From positions 1 through 28,023 of IMG/VR virus record IMGVR_UViG_3300032274_000036: a stretch of 28,023 bases of DNA; one strand, given 5' to 3'. Shown here in pieces: positions 16,018-26,465 of this stretch. How positions within the stretch are numbered: the first letter of the stretch is position 1; each line of letters begins with the position of its first letter. The position numbers were made by a program, and so were the translations under genes. Source of the stretch: a virus (lineage: Duplodnaviria; Caudoviricetes). Below the pieces are notes generated by a model, which searched no databases, was not told the DNA's origin, and saw nothing but the letters and a program-made list of their open reading frames with translations.

Positions 16018-18240
16018 GTGACTGACGGCTACGCTGGTACCAAGCCTATCAACACCTTTGTGGCAGGGTTGATAACAGAGGCTGGTCCCCTTACATTCCC
16101 ACCAAATGCCTCCCTAGAGGAGAGCAACTGTTATCTACAACGTAAGGGTAACCGTCGCCGTCGCAAAGGTATTGACTTTGAAGCCAGCTATACCACTAGT
16201 TCCAGCGATGCTGTAGCTGATGCTATTATCCAAGAGAAAGCTATTGGTACTGGTGAATGGAGAGCAGTAGCAGGGAGTGGTAATAGGAACTTCGCTGTAG
16301 TACAGATTAATAAGACTCTGTTCTTCTATGACATGGCCACACAGGCGCTCAGCACAGGCCTCAAGAGCTTCACTGTAGACCTCGGTACCTTCACTGCTCC
16401 CGGTGCCACAGAGGTGGGTACTGAGCCTGTAGATATCAGCTATGGCTCTGGCCTATGCTTCGTTGCAGGTAAACGTATTGATCCTTTCTTCATTGAGTAC
16501 AGCAGTGACGATGATGACATTACATCTACTCCTATTGGCCTACTCATTAGGGACTTTGATGGTGTAGAGGATAACTTAGAGCCTGATGAAGAGCCTGTCA
16601 CTCTCACCACTGAGCACCACTATAATCTGAAGAACCAAGGGTGGGCACCTCCTGCCACTGGTGAGAATGATCCTATTGATACTTACTTCTCTAGTAAAGC
16701 AGAGTACCCCGGTAACAATAAGCAGTGGTGGACAGGTAAAAGCTCCACTGATACCTTTGATCCTAACTTGCTAGCTAGGTTTGAAGCTGGTAACACCCTT
16801 GCTCCTAGGGGCAGGTTCCTCCTTGATCCCTTCAATAAGGACAGGAATACTGTATCTGGCCTTACAGGTCTTACAGTAGTTAAAGAGGATAACCGCCCTA
16901 GTCACATTCAGTTCTTTGGTGGCCGGGTGTGGTACCTAGGTGTTGAGAGTGAGAACATCAATGGCCATGTGTTCTTCTCTCAGGTAGTAACCAAGAGAGA
17001 CAGGATTGGCAAGTGTTATCAGAGTAGTGATCCTACTACTGAAGAACTCAATGATCTCTTAGATAGTGATGGTGGTGTCATCGTTATCCCAGAGATGGGC
17101 AACGTTAAGGGCACTTTTGTTACAGGTAGGTTCCTTATTATATTTGCTGACAATGGCATCTGGTCTATCTCTGGTAATGGTACAGATGAAGCCTTCGCTG
17201 CTGACTCCTTTGCAGTAGATAACGTTACCTCCATTGGCTGTGTAGGTGGTGACACCATCGTTAATGCTGCCGGTGTAGTCCACTGGTGGGCAGAGGATGG
17301 TATCTACAGGCTGGAGGGAGACCCTGTGAGTGGCAAGCTGGTGCCTAAGAGCATGACACAGCAGACCATCGAGACATTCTTCTTAGAAGATATCCCTGAT
17401 CTATCTAAGGTGTTCTGCAGAGGAGTCTACGATGCTAAGTCCAAGCGAATATTCTGGCATTACGCTGCTAGTGCTCCATCTGGCAATACTGACCGGTGGA
17501 AGTTTGACTCTGTTCTTATCCATGATACGAGCTTTGGGGTCTTCTACCCATGGGGCATCGCACCTCTGGCTTCTGATAGCCCTTATATCGTTGGTGCCTT
17601 TTCTGTACCTGCTGTTGTCCTTACAGAGACAACCACTAATGTGGTAACTACAGCCGGTGGTGATCTCATCGTAGACAACGTTGGAACACAGGTGACCACT
17701 ACACGTAGGACCACTAGTGCCCGTACAGTGACAGACAACACCTTCGTTAAGTGGCTATGTGTTAGCCCGGCCTCTGCTGATAACCGTTGGACCTTCGGTG
17801 AGTTCAACAATACAGCGTTCCTCGACTGGTTCTCTAAAGACAGCACTGGTATGACATACAGTAGTTACTTCATTACAGGACATGATCTCTTTGAGAACCT
17901 ACGTAACAAGCAGTCGCCTCATGTTAGGTTCTTCTTCGATAGAGCAGAGTCCACTGGTGCCTCTACTTCAGCAGGCAGTTGCTTAGTTAGGTTCAGGTTT
18001 GACTGGGCAGATGATGAAGCGTCAGGTAAGTGGTCATCGCAGGAACAGGTATACGCTAACAAGTTCAAGTTAGACAACTCTATTATCTCTGAAGTACCTG
18101 TTGGTTTCCCTGTGGTAGTGCGAAAAGCTAAGTTCAGAGGTAAAGGCAGGGCCATCTCAATCAGGTTTGACTCTGAGACTGGCAAAGACTTTAATCTATT
18201 TGGTTGGGAGTATGTCATTGAAGCAGGAGCCAACGTATAA
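16018..18240 (+). CDS. Tail nozzle (T7 gp12-like tail tubular protein B)
   Basis: 740 aa, beta-propeller-like strands; NTFVAGLITE start, RRRRKG, FFGGRVWYLG, C-terminal KFRGKGRAISIRF...FNLFGW. Confidence 0.8.
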   Translation: MTDGYAGTKPINTFVAGLITEAGPLTFPPNASLEESNCYLQRKGNRRRRKGIDFEASYTTSSSDAVADAIIQEKAIGTGEWRAVAGSGNRNFAVVQINKTLFFYDMATQALSTGLKSFTVDLGTFTAPGATEVGTEPVDISYGSGLCFVAGKRIDPFFIEYSSDDDDITSTPIGLLIRDFDGVEDNLEPDEEPVTLTTEHHYNLKNQGWAPPATGENDPIDTYFSSKAEYPGNNKQWWTGKSSTDTFDPNLLARFEAGNTLAPRGRFLLDPFNKDRNTVSGLTGLTVVKEDNRPSHIQFFGGRVWYLGVESENINGHVFFSQVVTKRDRIGKCYQSSDPTTEELNDLLDSDGGVIVIPEMGNVKGTFVTGRFLIIFADNGIWSISGNGTDEAFAADSFAVDNVTSIGCVGGDTIVNAAGVVHWWAEDGIYRLEGDPVSGKLVPKSMTQQTIETFFLEDIPDLSKVFCRGVYDAKSKRIFWHYAASAPSGNTDRWKFDSVLIHDTSFGVFYPWGIAPLASDSPYIVGAFSVPAVVLTETTTNVVTTAGGDLIVDNVGTQVTTTRRTTSARTVTDNTFVKWLCVSPASADNRWTFGEFNNTAFLDWFSKDSTGMTYSSYFITGHDLFENLRNKQSPHVRFFFDRAESTGASTSAGSCLVRFRFDWADDEASGKWSSQEQVYANKFKLDNSIISEVPVGFPVVVRKAKFRGKGRAISIRFDSETGKDFNLFGWEYVIEAGANV

Positions 18241-18691
18241 CATAACATTCGCTATAGAAGCGGTAACTCCAGAGTTCATCTTAGACGAACTAGAGCCACT
18301 AATCTTAGAGAACCATGCAGAGCTAGATGATCCCGATGAACCCTTAGATCCAAACTATGACATATATGTTACTATGTACCAAACAGGTAATCTAAAATGT
18401 TTAAGTGTAAGGGACGAAGGGGACTTAGTAGGCTACGCTGTTATCCTCTTAAGTGAAGACATGAGGAATATAAGTAGAACAGTAGCAGCAATAGATATCT
18501 TGTACTTAACTGAGCAGTATAGGCGATACGATGTATCACGGAGATTCTTCTCTTTTATACATAAAGTCCTAAAGCAGAATGATGTAGCTTCATACAATAT
18601 AAGTGTAAGGAAAGACAAGAGGGACTTCTCTAAGTTACTAGAGCGTTTAAGTTTTACTGAACTAGAAACAGTATACACGAAGAGGATATAA
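18212..18691 (+). CDS. GNAT-family acetyltransferase-like protein
   Basis: GNAT pattern VRDEGDLVGY...IDILYLTEQYRR...LLERLSFTE. Start uncertain (18167, 18212 or 18218). Confidence 0.75.
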   Translation: MSLKQEPTYNITFAIEAVTPEFILDELEPLILENHAELDDPDEPLDPNYDIYVTMYQTGNLKCLSVRDEGDLVGYAVILLSEDMRNISRTVAAIDILYLTEQYRRYDVSRRFFSFIHKVLKQNDVASYNISVRKDKRDFSKLLERLSFTELETVYTKRI

Positions 18692-18694
18692 AAC

Positions 18695-19204
18695 ATGGGT
18701 GCAGTAGCAATCATTGGCGCAGTAATCTCTGCAGCTGGTACAGTAGCTCAAATTAGTGCAGCTAAGAAGAGAGAGAAAGCTGAACAACGTAGGTTCGCAG
18801 AGACAGTTGCATCCGATGAGCGCAGGGTAGCCCTAGAGAAGCGCAGACAGGACGTACTGGCATCTCGACAGAAGCGCGCTGCTGCTGGACAAGCTAGGCG
18901 TGCACAGGGCCGTGCTGAGAACCTGATTGCTAGTTCTGGTGGTGGTGGAGCTATTGGTCAGACTGGTTCTACGCAGCCCGGTGTAGCAGGTAATATTACC
19001 TCACAGTTGAACTCCAATAACAGCTTTGTCAACACTGTTACCAGCTTGGGCAACCAGATTACGGGACAAGTAGCAGAGACACAGCGTATTGCAGGCCAAC
19101 CTATCACTGCAGGTAACAGCCTAGCGGCCTTCGGAGGTGCAGCTAAGAGTATTGGTGGCTTTGTAGCCTCTAATGCTGGTGCTATAACAAAAGCGTTAAG
19201 TTAA
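18695..19204 (+). CDS. Small internal virion (ejection) protein
   Basis: Hydrophobic Ala/Gly N-terminus (MGAVAIIGAVISAAGT), coiled coil, Gly/Ala-rich C-terminus, as in T7 gp14-type proteins. Confidence 0.65.
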   Translation: MGAVAIIGAVISAAGTVAQISAAKKREKAEQRRFAETVASDERRVALEKRRQDVLASRQKRAAAGQARRAQGRAENLIASSGGGGAIGQTGSTQPGVAGNITSQLNSNNSFVNTVTSLGNQITGQVAETQRIAGQPITAGNSLAAFGGAAKSIGGFVASNAGAITKALS

Positions 19205-19219
19205 TAAAGGGAACCTTTA

Positions 19220-22200
19220 ATGCCCGAGATGACAGAGCTAGAAGCTAAGTTAACTCCGATTGATGCTGAGTTCAGCACCGATACAGTTAACCCTATGTCC
19301 GCAGAACGTAAGGACAATACTGTGTTATTGGCTGCAGCTGCTACCTCTGATCGCCCAGAGAACTTCCCTGAGCAACGTAGGTTACATAAGGCTACCTTAG
19401 ATCACACCACCGAGGATGATCTACGCCTGTCTATGTCTGACCTACATAATGAAAGAGATCAAGCTGCTATGGCTGAGGCTGTAGCTGACATGATCTTCAA
19501 CCCAGACAGAGATGCCCAAGAACAGGCTATCATTGAGTCCTTCCAGACTACAAGGGAGATACTACAGGAACGTGAGACCTACGATGCCTTGGAGATTGAA
19601 GGTATCCGTAAGATCATTGACTTCTCTCTAGAGCACCCTGAGTATGTCAACGCTGCTGCACTGATGGCAGAGGACCTTGCTCGTGGTGATGCCTCTGACT
19701 GGATCTCTGATCAGCTAGAGCGTTCCTCTATTATTGCACGTGAGGCTGCTCGTATCCAAGAGGAACATCAAGAGAGCTCACTAATAGATACTATTGTAAA
19801 CTATGCTGCCACTATTATTCCTCTTAATAAGCTGACAGCTAGTGATGATATTCCCGGCGCATCCTTCTGGAACCTCAGTGGCTCTAATGTTAAAGGTGCC
19901 AGTGAGACCCTGATGAATATGCCTCGGTCAGAGTTTAATAGAGTGTACCCTGAAGTGTTCAAGACCATCCGTGAACAAAGTGGTTTCCTAGGAGAGAACC
20001 CTCTGATTGCCCAAGAACTCATTAAAGGGTTACAGGGTATGTCAGAGCAAGATGCTGCTAACTCTAATATCTTTGATGCAGTGGATATAGCCTCAGTTAT
20101 ACCAGTGTTCACCGGAGTAAAACTGGCCAAGGCTGCATTCCTCAAGGCTGCTTCTCGTCCTGCTGCTGTAGACGCAGTAGAAGCTACACTACGTGGCTCT
20201 GATGAAGCAGTGCTTGCAACTGATGACGCGCTGGAGGCAACCATGCCTTCAGGGATGAAGTTACCTGATGGGGTTAATTCTCCCTCTGTTGGTGAAGCAG
20301 TAGCACGCAAACTAGAAGTACAGAAGGAGGTGATCGAACGTCTACGCTCTGCTACCCTTGGTGGAGCACCCGATGTCCCTAGGCTGACACCAGAGGAGCT
20401 ACTCGCTGCTGTGGATGCCACAAAAGAGGAGGTATTAAGCAGGTTTGGGAAGGCAGCGACAGTTGACTTCTATACAGAACAGAGTGTACGTGCAGGCATT
20501 CCCTTTAAGAACGGTATAGCTAAGCTAGGCTACATCGTAGGGCGTAAGGATGGGCATGGCTTTGCCTCTGAAGGTACAGCTCAGGCAGCTATAAAGAGGA
20601 ATGGTATTGGTGATGGTGAAATAGTCTATGACCAACATAGTGGCACTTACTTCATCAGAGGCAAGATGGATGTAGCCGAGAAGAACTTTGCTACCATGAA
20701 GCACACGGATGTCACTGAAGGTACAGTGATGGGTTCATTCTTACGCTCCAGTGCATCTATCTTACCTGAGTATATGCAGCGCAGGGCAGTAGCAGCTGAC
20801 TTCTCACAGAGTGCAATGCATAGATTAATGCAGCCTATCGTTAAGGACCTAGGTAGCCTCAATAGGAAACAAAGAGAGGGTGTTAATGCAGTTATAGTTA
20901 GAGGCAGAGATGTAGATAATAAGTGGTATAACCTAACTGAGTTCCATAGGGAGTTCAGACAGCTTAATGGTAGAGCACCAGTGGACAAGGAAGTCCAAGG
21001 GTACTACTCCCTTAAGAACCTGAATGACTTTGAGTACTACATGCGTAACCATGCTGAGTACATTAAGAGTGCAACAGAGGGGTGGCAGACTGGTAAGCTA
21101 GAGCATGTCAACTTCAGCATGTCTACACGTAATGTACGCAAGGTAGAGCAAGTACCTGACCTACGTGGGACTACCTTGTTCGATGTAGACGCTGGTGTAT
21201 TCAGGTTAGGCTCTGACTTAGTGCCTGCTGACATCCAACAGAAGATCACGAAGGGTGGTTATGACCTATTTAAGGTACAAGATGCTAAGCTAACTGCTAA
21301 AGGAGGCAAGCCAGTCAAGTATGTCCTAGCTAAGGCAGGTCAGATGCAGCTAGAACCACTGCAGTATCAGCAATTGCTCTATAGGCCCGGTGGTCATCGT
21401 ATCTACAGGGGTACTGTGTTCGCTAAGCAGGCTATAGTGGGTAGTATTACCTCTGCTGGTGGCAGGGTAATGCGCTATATCCACAATCCTAAGACTCATG
21501 CTGTGTTTACCACCAAAGGGGAAGCAGATACATGGGTGGCACGGATGGAAGAGGCCAGAGATGCCTTCGTTAGGCACGAAGCAGGTACTTTAGGGCGTAA
21601 TGAAGCAGATGAGATTCTAAAGAGGGCTGGATTTGAGGATGGTGTTGATGAGTTCCAAGAACATGTAACTAAGGGGCGTATAGTTAAGGATCAGAAGTTT
21701 GAGACTATTAGAGATGGGGAAAATCCCTCTGTATATAAGAGCATCTTGGATGAGAATGGTAACTTAGACCTACGGGAGGTCTCTGATAGTAGACCTAGTT
21801 GGATGGAGGACCACGGTAGGCTCTACTATTCCAAGAGAGGGGCTGCTCTGGCGGGCCCACAGGATGAACTGGCTGAGACCATTGATCCCTTCAGGGCTGC
21901 TAACAGGGCAGTAGAGAATGCCATGCAGACATCCTCTTATATCAACTATAAGGTCAATGCTGTCCAACGGTGGATGAAAGAGTTCGGACACACCCTACCT
22001 AAGAATGAAGGTGTATCAGACTTACAACGTTTCTGGTCTGCAGGGGCACTACAGGGCGATCCTACCCTAATTAGAGCAGGGGAGCGCAGCCGTAGGGCCT
22101 TGATGAACCAGCTTGGCCACCCCACTAAGGCAGGTAGGGACTGGCAAGAGAGTATGGTTAGCTTTGCTGACTTCGTAGAGAAGAAGGTACCGGGTAAGCC

Positions 22201-23818
22201 GGGCAGTAACATGGCTAGAGGCATCTTAGACCTACAGAGTAGAGACCCTGTAGCCTCTCTGAAGGGCTTGACCTTTGATGCCAAGCTTGGTCTCTTCGAT
22301 CCTTCGCAGCTTATAGTGCAGACACAAACTGCTGCTGCGATGATGTCTATTGATCCTTTGAATGCACCTAGGTTCTTCAGGGATGCTTTCCCTATGCGCT
22401 GGGCTGCTATCAATATAGATGATAACATCCTTGCTGCAGCTGCTAAGATGTCCTCTATGGACGCTGATGAGTTTAAGGCTATGGTTAAGACAATGCGTAA
22501 GAGTGGTGCAGCCGACCCTAATGGTGAGCTTGTTCTCTTAGATAAGCACCCAGGTATATCTGCCTCGTATATGGGTCAGAAGCTAGACAACTTTAGGCAG
22601 AAGGGACGTATCTTCTTCTATGAAGCTGAGCGTCTCAATAGGATCTATGGTTGGCGTAAGGCATGGAATGATCTACGCAACGAAGGGGCCACCGTAGAGC
22701 ACCTTAGTACACCAGAGGGCAGGGCACAGCTGAGTAGCTTGACTGACAAGTACACTATTAACATGGTGTCTGCCTCTGCTGCTTCATGGCAGAAAGGCGC
22801 ATGGTCTGTGCCTACGCAGTTCCTTAGCTACCAAGCTAGGTTCATTGAGAACATCCTACCTAAGGGCCTCGGTGGCAACCCGCAGTGGACCTCCGGTCAG
22901 AAGTTAGCACTAGTATCTGGGCAGCTGTTCCTCTATGGCTCTGCTGGTATCCCTGCTGGGCGTGCCATAGCTGAGTATGCTAAGGATAAGCTAGGGTTAG
23001 AGTTTGAAGGTGATAACTTCGCAGACAACGTAGCCCACAGAGCCATCCTAGGCGGTGCTATTGACTCTATGATCTACGCTAGCACCCTAGGTGAGGTCGA
23101 TGTAGCCTTCGGTGCACGTGCAGCCATCATAGGCAAGGGCCTGTCTGACCTCGGTAGTCGCCTTATGGGTACAGATGTGGGTAATAGTAGCTTCCTAGAG
23201 GTAGTCGCTGGTGCACCCTTCGGTGTCCTAGGTGATATAGGCTCAGATACAGCTAACTCTATGGCTGAAATGTACAGGGTAGCAGCTTCAGGCACAGCTA
23301 GTGTCACTGATATCCTCCCTGAGATGCTGAGTGACATCGGGGATAACCTCAGTGTCCTAAGTAGAGCACAGAGGGCCTACCATGTCATCAAGTATGGCGA
23401 GTGGATCAGCCAAGAGTCAGGTAAAGCTATCACTAGTGCCACTCCGATGGAAGCCTTCGCTGCTGCCCTCGGCATCCAGCCTAGGGACATAGCTGAGATT
23501 GACTGGATGAGACATCAGATTGATGAAGACAAGACATTCACTAAGGATATGGCTAAGCGTGTACGTCAGCTGCAACTAGAGGCCCTTCGTGCACGTGGGC
23601 AAGGGGATGTTGATACTTACAATAGGAAACTCAGGATAGTAGTGGCATTAACACAGCACCTGCCTAGCCCTCAGAGGATGAAGATACATGTAGCAGGGTC
23701 TAGGTTGCCTAATCATGCCACTGTAGTAGAAGAGATGAAAGCAATGGTCTTGCGTACGCTTGGTATAGACGCTGCACTCAGTGGAGCATCAGAGAACACT
23801 AACAGGAGAGAACAATAA
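19220..23818 (+). CDS. Large internal virion (ejection) protein
   Basis: 1532 aa, largely helical, hydrophobic Gly-rich segments near the C-terminus; position after nozzle, GNAT and small ejection gene. Confidence 0.65.
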   Translation: MPEMTELEAKLTPIDAEFSTDTVNPMSAERKDNTVLLAAAATSDRPENFPEQRRLHKATLDHTTEDDLRLSMSDLHNERDQAAMAEAVADMIFNPDRDAQEQAIIESFQTTREILQERETYDALEIEGIRKIIDFSLEHPEYVNAAALMAEDLARGDASDWISDQLERSSIIAREAARIQEEHQESSLIDTIVNYAATIIPLNKLTASDDIPGASFWNLSGSNVKGASETLMNMPRSEFNRVYPEVFKTIREQSGFLGENPLIAQELIKGLQGMSEQDAANSNIFDAVDIASVIPVFTGVKLAKAAFLKAASRPAAVDAVEATLRGSDEAVLATDDALEATMPSGMKLPDGVNSPSVGEAVARKLEVQKEVIERLRSATLGGAPDVPRLTPEELLAAVDATKEEVLSRFGKAATVDFYTEQSVRAGIPFKNGIAKLGYIVGRKDGHGFASEGTAQAAIKRNGIGDGEIVYDQHSGTYFIRGKMDVAEKNFATMKHTDVTEGTVMGSFLRSSASILPEYMQRRAVAADFSQSAMHRLMQPIVKDLGSLNRKQREGVNAVIVRGRDVDNKWYNLTEFHREFRQLNGRAPVDKEVQGYYSLKNLNDFEYYMRNHAEYIKSATEGWQTGKLEHVNFSMSTRNVRKVEQVPDLRGTTLFDVDAGVFRLGSDLVPADIQQKITKGGYDLFKVQDAKLTAKGGKPVKYVLAKAGQMQLEPLQYQQLLYRPGGHRIYRGTVFAKQAIVGSITSAGGRVMRYIHNPKTHAVFTTKGEADTWVARMEEARDAFVRHEAGTLGRNEADEILKRAGFEDGVDEFQEHVTKGRIVKDQKFETIRDGENPSVYKSILDENGNLDLREVSDSRPSWMEDHGRLYYSKRGAALAGPQDELAETIDPFRAANRAVENAMQTSSYINYKVNAVQRWMKEFGHTLPKNEGVSDLQRFWSAGALQGDPTLIRAGERSRRALMNQLGHPTKAGRDWQESMVSFADFVEKKVPGKPGSNMARGILDLQSRDPVASLKGLTFDAKLGLFDPSQLIVQTQTAAAMMSIDPLNAPRFFRDAFPMRWAAINIDDNILAAAAKMSSMDADEFKAMVKTMRKSGAADPNGELVLLDKHPGISASYMGQKLDNFRQKGRIFFYEAERLNRIYGWRKAWNDLRNEGATVEHLSTPEGRAQLSSLTDKYTINMVSASAASWQKGAWSVPTQFLSYQARFIENILPKGLGGNPQWTSGQKLALVSGQLFLYGSAGIPAGRAIAEYAKDKLGLEFEGDNFADNVAHRAILGGAIDSMIYASTLGEVDVAFGARAAIIGKGLSDLGSRLMGTDVGNSSFLEVVAGAPFGVLGDIGSDTANSMAEMYRVAASGTASVTDILPEMLSDIGDNLSVLSRAQRAYHVIKYGEWISQESGKAITSATPMEAFAAALGIQPRDIAEIDWMRHQIDEDKTFTKDMAKRVRQLQLEALRARGQGDVDTYNRKLRIVVALTQHLPSPQRMKIHVAGSRLPNHATVVEEMKAMVLRTLGIDAALSGASENTNRREQ

Positions 23819-25845
23819 TGCCTAAGTTTGATGAAATACTTAGTGAACCCACAGCACCGGCTCCTATTAGGCAGCAGGGCTTCTCTGCCCCTGCTACTGC
23901 GTCTACATCTGAGGCCATCGCTGCTGGTGTAGGCAGCTTAGCCGACTTAGCCTCTGCTGGCCTCTCCTTTATGCAAGAGCAGAAGAACAAGGAGGTCACT
24001 GATGCTGTCATTAAAGCACATAGTGCCAATCAGGCAGCTACTGAGCAAGGTAACCAGAATAGTCTAGCTCAAGAGGCTAATCGTAGTAAGATCAACAGGG
24101 ATCTACAGAAGCAGTTCCCTAATGATCTAGCTTTGATTGAATCTGCTACACATCAGCTCTTCACTGGTAACAGCTTGATTGCTCAGAATGCTAGGAAGGC
24201 AGATGCAGCCGCTTCTATCATCACTCAGGACATTGCTACTGGCTTTGCCATCGGTGACTCAACGATGACTAATGAGGAAGCAGAGGCCCTAGGTAGAGGG
24301 CATCGCATCAAGATTGCACAGAGTAAGATTGAAGTTGAGAACATTGAAAGGCAGATTCAGAGGAATCAACTTGATGAAGTAGGGAAACAGAATGCTTTCA
24401 CTGCTATCTCTGATATCATTATAGATCAAGTTCTAGTCCCTGCTAATCGAATCCCTGAACTTGCTAGTAACGCTGTCGCTGCAGGGCCTGAGGCTGAAGC
24501 TAACTTCATGGCTACCTTGGCCCCTCTAACCAACCAAGCTGTGACTACTTACATAACGCAGTCTAGGCAGACAGTGGCCTACCGTGCACTCACAGGTAAG
24601 GCTAGAGAGCAGGCAGATAAGGAAATAGAGAAAAACGCCACGATGGTCAGGGATATGTTCGATGCATCCAAGGGCGTCCTAGCAGTGAAGGCCTCTGGTG
24701 AGGCAATGAAGCACTTCAGTACTAAGCTGGGTTTGAATGCATCAGAGTCTATCCGTATGTCGTCCTTCATTAAGGATGTGCTAGGTGAGCGTGCATTTGC
24801 ACAATTCGTTACGTCTGAGTTGCTGTCTAATGTGGCTACAGTTGATGAGTTCAGGACTCGTATTGGCTCTGCACTACAGGACCTAGGTAGTCTGTCACCC
24901 ACTGAGGTTAACAGCCAAGGCCTACGGTTGACTCAGATGCTTAAGTACCTAAAGAAGCCAGAGATGGTACGAGAGATCAGCTCTAAAGAGGAAGCCAACC
25001 AAGTCCTAGGTAGTGCATCGGCGCTAGCTGCTGCACAAGAGAAGAATTCCGGTGAAGCACTGCCTGATGGTCAGATCAACAACTGGTTTGAACAGAGATC
25101 TATGATGAGCGTGGCTGCAATGGAGCATGTTAGTGGCGCTCAAGCCTTGAATCACGTAGTTAAGGACTTCAACAAAGAAGGCTTCCATGCACGCCTAGAG
25201 GAACTGAATAAGGTAGACCCAACTAGAGCAGATGCCTTAGGTGACAACACAATCACCGTAGGTAACAAAGCACTATGGGCTACAGCTATGGCAGCTAAGG
25301 ATAGTATCAAGTATAACCCTGATACAGGTAAGTTTGAACCTCAAGTTAAATCTAGTGCACGTGGTATAGCACAGCGTGGTCAAGAGACATTGAACAAGAG
25401 AGCCAACATAGCTGCTACAGAGGCCAACAATGCAATTGATCTCATCGTTAGGCTTAAGGGCTTCGATGGTACCCTAGGTAAACTAGAAGACAATGAGCTA
25501 AGGGATGCCATCGTTGCGACAGCTATGGGCAGGACTAACATTCCTCTGGTGCAGGAAGGTAAGAAGCTACGTGACTTCAACGTAGACTCCTCTGCACTAA
25601 CTACGCAAGCTAGTAGGCGCAGTAGGTCCTTGAATGTAGCCTTCGAAGAGCAACTAGGTGCAACTGCTGATGCCCTTAGAGGGTTCATCAGAGGTGCTAA
25701 TATAGAACGCCCTGAGACACAAGAGGAACAGCAAGTAAGTAGTGTTGAGCCATCACAAGTAAATACTGGTAATAGTGCCAACAACACAGGTGCACCTTTG
25801 AAGAAGGTTGAACGCAGGAGAATCGTTAATGTCCGACCTAAATAA
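23818..25845 (+). CDS. Internal virion protein
   Basis: 675 aa, Ala/Gln-rich helical, N-terminal AIAAGVGSLADLASAGL; coupled (TAATG) to the previous gene. Confidence 0.6.
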   Translation: MPKFDEILSEPTAPAPIRQQGFSAPATASTSEAIAAGVGSLADLASAGLSFMQEQKNKEVTDAVIKAHSANQAATEQGNQNSLAQEANRSKINRDLQKQFPNDLALIESATHQLFTGNSLIAQNARKADAAASIITQDIATGFAIGDSTMTNEEAEALGRGHRIKIAQSKIEVENIERQIQRNQLDEVGKQNAFTAISDIIIDQVLVPANRIPELASNAVAAGPEAEANFMATLAPLTNQAVTTYITQSRQTVAYRALTGKAREQADKEIEKNATMVRDMFDASKGVLAVKASGEAMKHFSTKLGLNASESIRMSSFIKDVLGERAFAQFVTSELLSNVATVDEFRTRIGSALQDLGSLSPTEVNSQGLRLTQMLKYLKKPEMVREISSKEEANQVLGSASALAAAQEKNSGEALPDGQINNWFEQRSMMSVAAMEHVSGAQALNHVVKDFNKEGFHARLEELNKVDPTRADALGDNTITVGNKALWATAMAAKDSIKYNPDTGKFEPQVKSSARGIAQRGQETLNKRANIAATEANNAIDLIVRLKGFDGTLGKLEDNELRDAIVATAMGRTNIPLVQEGKKLRDFNVDSSALTTQASRRSRSLNVAFEEQLGATADALRGFIRGANIERPETQEEQQVSSVEPSQVNTGNSANNTGAPLKKVERRRIVNVRPK

Positions 25846-26464
25846 CCAACAAGAAGAACCCATGCAAGGTGAAACTATAGACGTAGTCTTGCCCAGCGGT
25901 AGAACTATAGAATATCTAGCACCACCGGGATTAGACTTCGATCAACTTAATGCACACGTTAACAGCTTAGACTGGGATGCAGCTGAGCGCGACTTAGACA
26001 TTGAAGATACTACCAAGGTTACCAACAGAGTGCAAGATAGTGTCAGCAGAGGCATTAAGTTGAATAACCCAGGTAACATACGTAGGTCTAAAGAGAAATG
26101 GGAAGGGCTATCATTAGAGCAGAAAGATGGTGAGTTCTTCTCCTTTGAGTCACCTGAAGCAGGGTTAAGAGCTATGGCTAAGATCCTGCAGACGTACAAA
26201 AATAAACACAAGATTGATACAGTGGATGGGGTTGTGTCTAGGTGGGCTCCCCCTAATGAGAACGACACAGTCTCTTATGCTGACTTCGTTGCAGCAAGGA
26301 TGGGGATCAACCCCAGTGACCCTATTAATTTGGAATCACCGGAGGATCTGGTACCTCTCATGAAGGCAATGACGTTTATGGAGGTAGGGGAGAATTACGA
26401 AGAGGACACAATACGTGAAGGTGTCCGTAGGGCAGGCATAAAGTTAGTAGAGGGAGAACAATAG
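25829..26464 (+). CDS. Lysozyme-like putative peptidoglycan hydrolase
   Basis: RGIKLNNPGNIR...F.SPEAGLRA...Y...RWAPPNENDT..Y...E.G signature; start moved to ATG 25829 after AGGAG. Confidence 0.75.
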   Translation: MSDLNNQQEEPMQGETIDVVLPSGRTIEYLAPPGLDFDQLNAHVNSLDWDAAERDLDIEDTTKVTNRVQDSVSRGIKLNNPGNIRRSKEKWEGLSLEQKDGEFFSFESPEAGLRAMAKILQTYKNKHKIDTVDGVVSRWAPPNENDTVSYADFVAARMGINPSDPINLESPEDLVPLMKAMTFMEVGENYEEDTIREGVRRAGIKLVEGEQ

Positions 26465-26465
26465 A

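Noticed and set aside
19220-23818. Virion-encapsidated RNA polymerase (N4-like)
   Set aside because: No recognisable polymerase catalytic motifs and far shorter than N4 vRNAP; position fits an ejection protein.
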